From contig JACQFE010000038.1 in assembly GCA_016200265.1 (NCBI GenBank), positions 13,539 to 77,538 of the forward strand: 64,000 bases of DNA, written 5' to 3'. The position numbers were made by a program, and so were the translations under genes. Positions 17,049 through 26,300 of the stretch are shown in pieces; within the stretch, counting starts at the first letter, position 1, and every line of letters starts with the position of its first letter. Below the pieces are notes generated by a model. The model searched no databases. It was not told the DNA's origin and saw only the letters and a list, made by a program, of their open reading frames with translations. Source of the stretch: Planctomycetota bacterium. GTDB lineage: Bacteria; Planctomycetota; Phycisphaerae; UBA1845.

Positions 17049-17831
17049 TTATCGGTGAGCGAGGCATAGGACAACCACCGCAGAGGCGAAGAACACCAAT
17101 CCAACCCAGCCGAGAATCGACTTCACCTTCGGGTTGATTCGGGCCAGTGGCTTGTCCATCGCTTCGAGCACGCGAATTCCGGAGTCGCATACTCTGGTGG
17201 CAGCCGGCGACACGCGATCGGTCAGGATATGCATTTTTCGTTTCCCGGCACGAGTGGGCGTATCAGCAATTTGAGTGGATAAATCGGCACTGTCGTCAAG
17301 TGCCGGTGCGGCAGCGGCCCTTTTTTTTCCCGTAACTTCCGTCGCCGCGGTCACGACGGCGTTGGGCGCAGTGACCGCCGCGTTAAATCCTCCATGTGGC
17401 GCACTGGTCGGGGGCTCGGGAGCTATGGAAGTCGATGCTGGCTCTTCCGGGCGAGTAAATTCTGACATGAAATCCGGGACTACCGTAGCTTGCCGAGTCA
17501 AACTCTGGTGTTGAGGGGTCTCAATTGAGGGTGCATGATCCGAAAAGTCTTCGACATGAGTGCCATTTGCTTCCACAGACTCAATCTGCCTCTTGGTTTC
17601 CGCGAGAAGCTTGTCCAGCTCTTCGATTTCTGAATCGGCATCGCGCAGTTCAATGGAATTTGGGAGATTTGCCGCGGCTTGCAAGGAGTTGGAGTCAGAT
17701 ACTTCTTGAGCGAGATTTCCAGCGAGGGTCGACGCACGGGAAAGTGCATCATCAAGCTGCTGCTCCGAAATCTGATCCCACTCGGTCGAAGCCGATAGTG
17801 GATCTGGTTTGTATCCTTCAGGTGAACTCAT
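17049..17831 (-). CDS. Hypothetical acidic, low-complexity protein with C-terminal TM anchor
   Basis: 260-aa ORF with a coiled-coil-like segment (EIEELDKLLAETKRQIESVE) and the terminal helix ILGWVGLVFFASAVVVLCLA. I recognise no family. Confidence 0.45.
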   Translation of the reverse strand: MSSPEGYKPDPLSASTEWDQISEQQLDDALSRASTLAGNLAQEVSDSNSLQAAANLPNSIELRDADSEIEELDKLLAETKRQIESVEANGTHVEDFSDHAPSIETPQHQSLTRQATVVPDFMSEFTRPEEPASTSIAPEPPTSAPHGGFNAAVTAPNAVVTAATEVTGKKRAAAAPALDDSADLSTQIADTPTRAGKRKMHILTDRVSPAATRVCDSGIRVLEAMDKPLARINPKVKSILGWVGLVFFASAVVVLCLAHR

Positions 17832-17961
17832 GTTGCCTCTATGATAGCTGTTCTCCGTTGCTCTCGCTGTTGCGCATACGGCGTATGTTTATCGGCCCTT
17901 ACGGCAGGCGACCTGAGATCGCGGAAGTGACTCGCACGATTTCCGGATGCATAATCTGTAG

Positions 17962-18720
17962 ATGGTTGAACGACGCTTTTTTTGTCCAGACCTCGTGGTG
18001 GGGGGAGTATCGCTTCCTCCTGAGGAAGCCCATCACGCCATTTCCGTCCTTCGCCTGCGAAGCGGTGACACTGTAATTCTATTTGATGGAAATGGCGCGG
18101 AAGCAGGGGGGGTTGTGACGGACATTTCGCGTCGAGATGTTCGCGTACAAATCGACGCCGTGGAAACACGTGAGTTTGAGTCCTCGATTCGGTTGACTCT
18201 CGCGGTCGCCATGATCAAAGCTCATCGACAGAATTACATGATTGAAAAGTGCACTGAGCTGGGCGTTTTCGCAATTCAACCGCTGGCGACGCAAAGATGC
18301 GTCGTTCAAACGGCTGAGGCCGGGGTGGAAAAATGGCGACGCCGTGCCATCGAGGCGGCCAAGCAGTCGAAGCGCGTTTGGGTGCCGAAGATTCACGCCC
18401 CAGCGTCGGTTGCAGAAAGCGTAACTGCGGCGCCCGAATTCGATTTTCGGGCGGTTGCCGATTTTCACGTAACGGTCAATTCGCTTTCGATTGCGCTCGC
18501 TGCGGCGAAGAACATGAAATCGGCGATCATTTTCATCGGACCCGAGGGCGGTTGGACGGACGATGAGCGGGCCATGTTTGAAGCGTCGGAATTCCAATGC
18601 GTGCTCTTGTCTCCCACGGTATTGAGAACCGAGACCGCAGCCATCGCCGCTTGCGCAACTGTGGCCATGCGGTCGGTTGCATTGGCGAAGTGCGAAAGGA
18701 CAATTCCCGGATCGCGTTGA
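17962..18720 (+). CDS. rsmE: 16S rRNA (uracil1498-N3)-methyltransferase RsmE
   Basis: RFFCPDL...LPPEEAHHAISVLRLRSGDTVILFDGNG...IGPEGGWTDDE... is a typical RsmE (SPOUT) layout. Confidence 0.85.
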   Translation: MVERRFFCPDLVVGGVSLPPEEAHHAISVLRLRSGDTVILFDGNGAEAGGVVTDISRRDVRVQIDAVETREFESSIRLTLAVAMIKAHRQNYMIEKCTELGVFAIQPLATQRCVVQTAEAGVEKWRRRAIEAAKQSKRVWVPKIHAPASVAESVTAAPEFDFRAVADFHVTVNSLSIALAAAKNMKSAIIFIGPEGGWTDDERAMFEASEFQCVLLSPTVLRTETAAIAACATVAMRSVALAKCERTIPGSR

Positions 18721-18746
18721 TGTGAATACGAACATAGGATGAGGGC

Positions 18747-19529
18747 ATGAGGCTGATTCGGGAATTTCGTTTTTTCCATGACGCGCCGCGTGGCGAAAAG
18801 GCGATCAATTCATGGGCGGGCACGACAATGAACCCGCCAACGTCGGCGTTTTGGGTCATTCGTGCGATTCTGGAAGGGGAGATTGATCGCCAGTCCGGAT
18901 ATCTTTGCGACATCAAGATCATTGATGATCTTGTGCGGGCAAACGTTCAGCCGGTGATCACTCGATCGAATGGCCCCCCTCTCTCACTGCGAAACGTATG
19001 CGAAGAGCTTCAGGGTGCGTTGGCAAACGCGGATTGCCCCGTCCCGCGAAATGGTTCGCTGATTGCGCTCGAATTGCATCTTTCACCCTATACTCGTGTC
19101 CGTGTCGGTCGGAGAAATTTCATGGTCAAGCTGACTCAATCGTTCGAATTCGCGGCCTCTCATCGGTTGAATTGCGCAAACCTCAGTGAGTCCGAGAATC
19201 GGCGCTTGTTTGGCAAATGCAATTATCCACATGGCCACGGGCATAACTACATTCTCGAAGTCACCATCGAGGGCGAGCCAAACGAAAGATCTGGAGGTGT
19301 TCTGGACCTGCCGTCTTTCGATCGTGTCGTTCGTGAGCGAGTGATCGACCCCTTTGATCATCGCAACTTAAATGTGGAATGCGCAGAATTTGCCGACACG
19401 AATCCAACGGTCGAGAATATCGCGAGCGTCATCTGGCAACGTCTGACAGGCGCGTTCACGAATTGCCGGCTTGCGTCTGTTCGGGTCTGGGAAACTGCGA
19501 AGACGTGCGCGGAATATGGTGGAGAATAG
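18747..19529 (+). CDS. 6-pyruvoyl-tetrahydropterin / 6-carboxytetrahydropterin synthase family protein (QueD-like), double-length
   Basis: The C-terminal half FEFAASHRL...GKCNYPHGHGHNYILEVTIEG...VLDLPSFDRVVRERVIDPFDHRNLN carries the PTPS catalytic His/Cys pattern. The N-terminal half appears to be a degenerate second PTPS-like domain. Confidence 0.78.
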   Translation: MRLIREFRFFHDAPRGEKAINSWAGTTMNPPTSAFWVIRAILEGEIDRQSGYLCDIKIIDDLVRANVQPVITRSNGPPLSLRNVCEELQGALANADCPVPRNGSLIALELHLSPYTRVRVGRRNFMVKLTQSFEFAASHRLNCANLSESENRRLFGKCNYPHGHGHNYILEVTIEGEPNERSGGVLDLPSFDRVVRERVIDPFDHRNLNVECAEFADTNPTVENIASVIWQRLTGAFTNCRLASVRVWETAKTCAEYGGE

Positions 19530-19574
19530 GGCCCAGACCTGGGTTCGCTCTTCACGGGGTCATTTCCTTCATCG

Positions 19575-19606
19575 CTTTCGACTTTTCAATTCAACTCTCT
19601 TCAATC
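19575..19606. repeat. Short irregular TTCRAY low-complexity tract
   Basis: ctttcgacttttcaattcaactctcttcaatc shares the 12-mer tttcgacttttc with the RNase P P12 arm (11784-11795). Confidence 0.5.
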
Positions 19607-19655
19607 AGTCGGCCCCATAACCGCCCGATCTGGTTCAAATTTATCGTAAGCTTAG

Positions 19656-21146
19656 GTGATATTCTCCGTATTGGCTTGGTTTGCGCTGGATCGCCTTGAT
19701 CGGCAGCGTCTGGATTATTTCACTGTCTTGCAACTGATGAATGCAGAGTACCTACAACCCCTCACACCGGCGTTTTCGCGAACCGCGAGACGAATGGTTT
19801 TTATTCTCGCTTTCTTTTCGATCCTCGCTTTTGGTGTCGGATCGAAAACTCTGCTGCATCTGCTCAATGCTCGTCACTACGCTCAGCAGGCGGAGCTCTG
19901 CTCGGCCGCATTGGGTGCCAGTGATGCATCCGCGCTTCCACGGCGGATGAATGGGCTCCAATCGCGTACGGATCGCCTGATTGCCGTGGCACTCTTGGAT
20001 TCCAATGGCAAACCTCAGCAGGTATTTCCCGACCGTTCGGCTCATCATTCGCTCATGGAAAAGCTCGCCGAATCGCCGATGTCGGAATTCGAAATCACGT
20101 CGCCGATCAGCGATGAATCGCAGCGGGTGATCGGAGTGCCGGTGATGTATCAGGCGGCGGCGTTTGGCCGGGGTGCGCAAATGCTGGTCGCTCTGCGCGT
20201 CGATTCGGACTGGAAGGCGTGGCTCCCAATGATGGGAAGCGTCACATTTGCTGTGTTTGTCATCGCGCTTCTGCGATTGCGAACGCTTCAGCGGTGGTTT
20301 GATGAGCAGATTGCGTTTCCGCTAGGCCAGATTGTAGGTGCGGTTTCGGAATTGGGCGGCAAAGGCCGGCCGGATGAAACGCAGCTTCCGCCGCCTCGTT
20401 TTCGCGAAACGGCCCGCATCACGGAGACATTCCAGGAACTTCTCGATTCACTTTCGGAGAGCCATTCGAAGAGTCAGAAATTGCAGCGCGAGGTGGCGCA
20501 CCGGATCAAGAGGCACGAGGCCGGCATGGACATGCAACTCCGGCGCGTGCGAGATCAGGCGACAACGGATCCGCTGACCGGACTTCGCAACCGCCGCTTC
20601 CTCGATGAACAGCTCGATGCTCTTTTCGAACTTCATCAGAAACGCGATGCGGAATTCTGCGCCGTGATGATCGACGTGGATAATTTCAAAGGCTACAACG
20701 ATTCCAACGGTCATCAGGTTGGCGACGCATTGCTGCGGTTCCTGGGGGCGCTGCTTCGCGGGTCGATCCGGCCCACGGATCACGCGGTTCGTTACGGCGG
20801 AGACGAATTCCTGCTCCTGCTTCCGGAAACGAAGATGGAGGATGCGGCCGCAGTCACGCTGCGAATGATCAAATTGTTTGGTCAGTACGTCAGCCGGCTG
20901 GACAACAACGCGGGCCTCTCCATGAGCGCTGGAGTTGCGTCTCTGCGACTTGAGAAATGCGACAGCGGAAACGCGCTGATTGCACGCGCCGACGCCGCAC
21001 TGTACAACGCCAAATTCAATGGAAAAAACGGATTGATCTGCGGGCCTGTTGCCTCTGAATTTGTTGGACGACGAGAACTGTTGCCGGCAACTTCGCGAAA
21101 GCAAAGTAGCATCGGGCGAACTCCAGAAATAGCGGGGGCGTCGTAG
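19656..21146 (+). CDS. Diguanylate cyclase (GGDEF) with N-terminal membrane/periplasmic sensor region
   Basis: The C-terminus TDPLTGLRNRRFL...DVDNFKGYNDSNGHQVGDALL...RYGGDEFLLLLPE is a GGDEF domain with intact GGDEF. Two or more TM helices lie upstream. The GTG start is uncertain. Confidence 0.85.
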   Translation: MIFSVLAWFALDRLDRQRLDYFTVLQLMNAEYLQPLTPAFSRTARRMVFILAFFSILAFGVGSKTLLHLLNARHYAQQAELCSAALGASDASALPRRMNGLQSRTDRLIAVALLDSNGKPQQVFPDRSAHHSLMEKLAESPMSEFEITSPISDESQRVIGVPVMYQAAAFGRGAQMLVALRVDSDWKAWLPMMGSVTFAVFVIALLRLRTLQRWFDEQIAFPLGQIVGAVSELGGKGRPDETQLPPPRFRETARITETFQELLDSLSESHSKSQKLQREVAHRIKRHEAGMDMQLRRVRDQATTDPLTGLRNRRFLDEQLDALFELHQKRDAEFCAVMIDVDNFKGYNDSNGHQVGDALLRFLGALLRGSIRPTDHAVRYGGDEFLLLLPETKMEDAAAVTLRMIKLFGQYVSRLDNNAGLSMSAGVASLRLEKCDSGNALIARADAALYNAKFNGKNGLICGPVASEFVGRRELLPATSRKQSSIGRTPEIAGAS

Positions 21147-21248
21147 CCCTTGATAATCTGACAGCGCGCAACATATGGAAGGGCAAACCTGCCGGCGCAC
21201 GGTAGCGTAGCCAGTGCTTGGCATTCCTTGGAAAAAACCTGGCGTTTG

Positions 21249-23126
21249 CTAACGACGATTTGCTTGCGATGAGCAGCCTGGAACCCTGCCACTCAACCAC
21301 TCTTCGAAGAGCAGAAGATCACCAGCATCGACCTGGCCATCGCGGTTAAAATCCGTCAAGGCGCATTGAGATAAGTCGACCGGCTCGATCCCAGTCGTGC
21401 CGAAGCACTGTTGAAAGGCGGCGAAATTCGAGAGATTGACTGAATAGCGATAGATTGCTGAGCCGTCGGGCGCTTGCTCGATTGTGTACCGCCGATCAAT
21501 CTGCGTGGTCGTAAACTGCACTTCGTCGCGATTCGGCCAAACCACGCGAATCTGAACCGACGATACGTCGTCAACACCCAAACCAAAGTGCAAATCGTAA
21601 GGCCGGCCGGAAAGATAGCTTCCGCCGGCGATGATGTCGCGCCGGTAGGTAGGGCCGCCGGACTGCAGAAACACTTTTGCTCCGATCGCATCGGAATTGA
21701 ATCCGCACGTGCCGACCAGATGCACGTCGATCCAATGCCCGCTCGGCGTCGTTTGATTCTCGATTAGGACCACAGAGGCCGGAGGTTGACCGATGCTGGT
21801 GACGAGCAAATCCTGTCGGCCGTCCTGGTTGTAATCGAAGGCGATTGCGCAGCGGGCATCGGTTGTAAAGTCCGCGCCGGTGCCAGAAGAACGCGTGAAG
21901 TGCCCCATTCCATCGTTGAAGAAAAGCACCTCGGGCGTGTTCGCAAGAGGATAAGCCGGTCCAACAAAGGCGCTGATGAACTCCTTAAATCCGTTCACAG
22001 CGTACAGATCGAGCGAGCCGTCATTGTCCACGTCGATCCATTCCGTGCCCCAGCCCCAATATGTATTCGCGACCCCGCGGGCGACGGCCTGATCAACAAA
22101 TGTCAGCGTGCCCGTCTCGCTCAACTGATTGATCAGCAGAGTGTTGTTTTGACCGTTCCCAAAATGATTGCCTGTGTCGGTGATATTGGTAGAGTAGATG
22201 TCGAGATCGCCGTCATTGTCGAAATCGCCTACCGCAAGACCCATGTCATTTCCCTTATGCGTCGCGCCCACGGCCACGGTCTGCTCCACGAAGAATCCAC
22301 CGTCATTGCGGAAATACGCGTCGGATGTGTGGTCGATGGCTAAATACAAGTCCACATCGCCATCGTTGTCGAAATCCGCGAAAATGCACGTATACGTGTC
22401 GCGATTGATTTCAGGCAAGCCAGCGGCGGTCGTGGCATCTTCGAATTGAAAATTGCCGAGATTTCGGAACAGCCGATCATGGCCGGGCCATGTTGGAGGG
22501 GGCATTGCAACGTCCATTAGCCATAGTCCGACAAAGATGTCAATCAGTCCGTCGCCGTCATAATCGCCAAGACAGGCGCCGCCTTTGATGTAACCCACAG
22601 CATCAAATCCGGATGTGGCAGTCATGTCCGTAAATGTCGAACCGTTGTTCTTGTAGACGCGGCAGGGGGGAGTCGTTCCCGTTGTGTCCTGATCATTGAT
22701 GATCAGGAGGTCTTTGAGGCCGTCGTTGTCCAAATCAACGAAGAATGCGACTCGACCGATCGCGGCGTCATTCACACCCGTTGTGGCAGTTATGTCGCTG
22801 AAGACTCGGGCGCCGTTGACCAAATCATTTCGATAAAAGTGCCGTGGCTGGTTGGCATTATTGAGCAGATACACGTCGAAGTCGCCGTCGTTGTCAAAGT
22901 CGCCGACAGCGGCCCCGTTGCCCATGTTGCGCTGCATTATTTGCATCGTAGTAAGATCGGCCTCGGCATCTAATGCATCACTAAAAGTGAATGAGTATGG
23001 GTTCCCATACTGCACGGTATGCACCAGTCCTCGCTGTGTGGCAATGTTGACAAAACGAACTTGAGCGAAAGCGGGCGCGAACAAGGCCAAATTCAACGCA
23101 AAGCTGCAGAGCCAAAGTGGGCGCAT
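21249..23126 (-). CDS. Secreted FG-GAP/VCBS-repeat protein with ASPIC/UnbV-like C-terminal region (CRTAC1 family) and dockerin-like tail
   Basis: Repeated GDFDNDGDxDxY motifs, and the tail DFNRDGQVDAGDLLLFEEWL. The signal peptide MRPLWLCSFALNLALFAPAFAQ begins at 23126. The track start 23177 would translate the heptamer array (MKSEVQNSKFEVQIQNF). Confidence 0.8.
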   Translation of the reverse strand: MRPLWLCSFALNLALFAPAFAQVRFVNIATQRGLVHTVQYGNPYSFTFSDALDAEADLTTMQIMQRNMGNGAAVGDFDNDGDFDVYLLNNANQPRHFYRNDLVNGARVFSDITATTGVNDAAIGRVAFFVDLDNDGLKDLLIINDQDTTGTTPPCRVYKNNGSTFTDMTATSGFDAVGYIKGGACLGDYDGDGLIDIFVGLWLMDVAMPPPTWPGHDRLFRNLGNFQFEDATTAAGLPEINRDTYTCIFADFDNDGDVDLYLAIDHTSDAYFRNDGGFFVEQTVAVGATHKGNDMGLAVGDFDNDGDLDIYSTNITDTGNHFGNGQNNTLLINQLSETGTLTFVDQAVARGVANTYWGWGTEWIDVDNDGSLDLYAVNGFKEFISAFVGPAYPLANTPEVLFFNDGMGHFTRSSGTGADFTTDARCAIAFDYNQDGRQDLLVTSIGQPPASVVLIENQTTPSGHWIDVHLVGTCGFNSDAIGAKVFLQSGGPTYRRDIIAGGSYLSGRPYDLHFGLGVDDVSSVQIRVVWPNRDEVQFTTTQIDRRYTIEQAPDGSAIYRYSVNLSNFAAFQQCFGTTGIEPVDLSQCALTDFNRDGQVDAGDLLLFEEWLSGRVPGCSSQANRR

Positions 23127-23137
23127 AAAGTTCTGTA

Positions 23138-23170
23138 TTTGAACTTCGAACTTTGAATTTTGAACTTCAC
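23138..23170. repeat. Tandem heptamer array TTYGAAY x4.5
   Basis: tttgaac ttcgaac tttgaat tttgaac ttcac. It ends 12 nt upstream of the FG-GAP gene ATG on the minus strand. Confidence 0.85.
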
Positions 23171-23185
23171 TTTTCATAAGAATTC

Positions 23186-23222
23186 GGGCAGGGGGCGAAA
23201 GAAGGTCTTTCGCACCCTGCCC
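23186..23222 (-). terminator. 17-bp hairpin (1 mismatch) between the giant secreted-protein gene and the FG-GAP gene
   Basis: GGGCAGGGGGCGAAAGA-agg-TCTTTCGCACCCTGCCC. No U-tract follows on either strand, so its role (terminator, processing or stability) is open. Confidence 0.4.
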
Positions 23223-23266
23223 GATCCAATTAATTCTAAATCACGATTTTGGCGCCGATCGAAACA

Positions 23267-23297
23267 TCACATTCGATCTTCGCCAATCACTATTCGC
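23267..23297. repeat. Degenerate GAA-heptad block (minus-strand reading GAATAGT GATTGGC GAAGATC GAATGTG)
   Basis: The plus strand attcgatcttcgccaatcactattcgc resembles cttcgatcttcgccattcgc at 12907-12926 and the reverse complement of 47430-47449. Confidence 0.6.
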
Positions 23298-23307
23298 AAT
23301 TGTCCCA

Positions 23308-26300
23308 TCACGGCGCGTCGCAGCCGGCGTTGGGATCGACCGGCTTGCTGGTGATGGTTCCAGTGATGCCGATGTAATCCTGGAAGCCGTCGGGATTGTG
23401 GTCCGTTTCAATGGCCACGATCCGCTTGCCGGTGAAGTTCACGAAACCGCCCAGATCCAAGCCGTTCTGTTCCAGCGGCGGGGTGTTGTCCTTCAGCTTG
23501 TTCTGCAAAATGTCGAATGTTTGCGTCTTGCCCGCCTGATTGTTTAGGAAGTCCAGATCAAACGTGGCCGAACTTCCGTTGCACGCCACGCCGAAAGGCG
23601 TGTCCCGATTGATCGACAAGAAGTTGAACTTCAATCGATCTCGTCCCGTGTTCGGATTGTGGTCGAACTGCATGGAGAGATTCAAATCAATGGTCATGCA
23701 GAACTCCCACAGGATGCAATCCGAAGTCGCCGTGCTGTTCGGCAGATTGTCTGCATCGAGGTCCCCGAACGTACACATCGGCGTCGAATCAATCGATCCA
23801 GTGTCGAGGATCTGATTGTTCGCCCGGTCCGCGATCAGATAGAGCGAGATCTGCGGATAGCGCAGGGTGACTTCCACATCCGGCGTGTTGGGATCGTCAT
23901 CCAGCAACAATACTGGCGGATTTTGCACGGAACCGTGGAAGATGATGTTCGTTCCCGTGCGGATGTTGGTGTTCCGCCCGATGCGACTGCCCCGACGACA
24001 CTGCCGCCGGAACTCCGACCCAAATGGGAACTGCGTGCAATCGCCATCCTGGAAGCCGATACATCGGGCCTCCTGCGAACTGTCGACAACACTCGTATTT
24101 CCGCCGATGCCTGCACAGTCCGACGGAACCAACGTGCCAAGCTGCTTGCTCACCTCGAATTGTGTCTTGAGCTTGCCCGTCTGCACCATGCTGTAGAACA
24201 ACTGATTAAACACGTCCGCAGCGATGGCGATTGTAACGTCTTCCACTGGATTGCCGGCCGCGTCCACGATCGGCGGGATCGGGATTGGAGCGTTTTTCAG
24301 CGGAGTGCCCGGAATGTTCGCCGCCTGCGGATCAATGTCGGCCGCATCCGGAGCGAAGCCGGCGCCAATGGTCACGGCGATGCCCGTACTTCCGATCGCT
24401 GCATCCGTGATCTTGCTGTCCTTCTGCTTCGTGCCGAACTGCGGCAGATCGTCGTTCTTGAACTTCACGAAATCCGTGTCCATCGGGTCACCGTCCTGAG
24501 AATTGAGCCGCTGCTGAATCTGGTCTCCGGTCATCTCGAAGGAGATGTCGCTGAGACTTGGATCCCATAATCCGAATGTGATTACCTCCGCGAAGAAGTC
24601 GATCACGTCGAGAATGAAGCCCAGCAGGCAGCCGATGTCCACATCGCCGCTGATCTTGGTGAAATCGTTGGGGTCGCTCTCGCCCAGGTCGAACGTCATG
24701 TGCAATTTTTCGCGCTGATCCCGCGGCAGATTGCCCTGCAAGATGTGGGGTCGATCGAGGTCGAAGGACACAGACATGTTCTTCTGATTGAAGCGTCCAT
24801 CGACGTTCACCGTGACGCACACCGCGCACGCGCAGCCGCCGAATGCACAGATGCATCCGTCCTGGCAGTAGCCGCTGAAATGTGCCGTGATGTCCACCGG
24901 CGGCAACCCGATCTTCACATGGATGACGCCCTCTCGCGGATCGGGGGTTACCGAGTTGTCCGATGTCACGTTCAGTGAGAACTGGTCCAGCGTGATATCC
25001 GTGTTGTTGACGATCATCTTCGTCGGCGGATCGCACGCTCCGTCAACTTTCAGTTTTTTCTCCTTGGTCGGCGTTCGCTTCAAGGCGTCCTTGGCCTGGT
25101 CGCCCAGGCACTTCTTGCTCTTGTTCTTCATCGCGTCGAAAAAGTTCGTCACGCCAGAGTCGTTGATGGCCAGCACGAATGCTCGATCAACAAAGCTTGG
25201 ATCGGTCGCCGTGTTGGAATGGGCCGAGGAGGTGACCGGCGCCGGTCCGGGGATGACCGGACCCACGGCGAAGAAGAACGAGTCATAAACCGCGTTGAAG
25301 TCTCCGTCGAGAGCCTGGGCGATCAAACGGTTGGACCCCGGATCGAACGTGCCCGGTAATCCACCATGTGCCGAAACCGCATTCCGAAGGTCGGTCACAG
25401 GAACATTGACGTTAATCGGAAGAACGTATTTCTCGCCGCCCGATGACCCACCCGGGGTGTGAATCTGCCCACTTGGATCCACGGAGAAACCGTTGATGTT
25501 TGCGCTCGCGATCGGAACACCGTGGCACGCCTCGCCCTGGACATTTATCGTCGCCGGATGATCGCCGACGATTTGGCCCGCTATTGGCGAAGTAATATTG
25601 ATCGTGAACACGATCGATGTGCCCGTATCCTTCAGATCATCGATATAGCACGAAGCGGCCGGACGACCCGGTGGACTTGGGAAAACGCCCGCCTGTCGCT
25701 GGCCGGAGATTTCAACGACGTGTGTTCCGCAGCCCAAACCGCCAACGGTGAAGCCCACAGTGTTCGACGCGGAAACGTCTATCGCGCCGGAACTTACGGT
25801 CAACAAGCTAATGGACACCGTGGCCCCATTGATGTTAGCTGTGCCGCTGTAGGGACCGCCGGGGAACGCCGTTGCGGGATTCAAACCGATCCCGATCGGA
25901 GTCGCCTGCAGGATATCGACCCCATCAATCATGATGACCAGGGTCTTGGGATCAACCCGCGGCATCGCCGCCAGCACCGGCGTGTCGCCACCGGCCCCTG
26001 TGACCACTGAATTGGAAGGCTGAATCACTTCGAGGAAGGGAATATTCGAACAATACGCCTCCGCACGGTTATCGCCGTCCTGGGCGATGACCCGCAGCAT
26101 CGGCACGGGCGCAAACACCTGATGGCTCACTCCCCGAGCGCTGGTCGTGTCCTTGAAAATGAAATCCTTTGGTGAGATTCGGCTGGCCAGATGGGCTTCG
26201 TCACCTTTCTTGACCAGCTCGCTGCGGAGGACATTTCCTTCCTGATCCAAAGCCATGATTTCCGCGGTAATCACCGTGTTCGCGCTGCCATTATGGCTCC

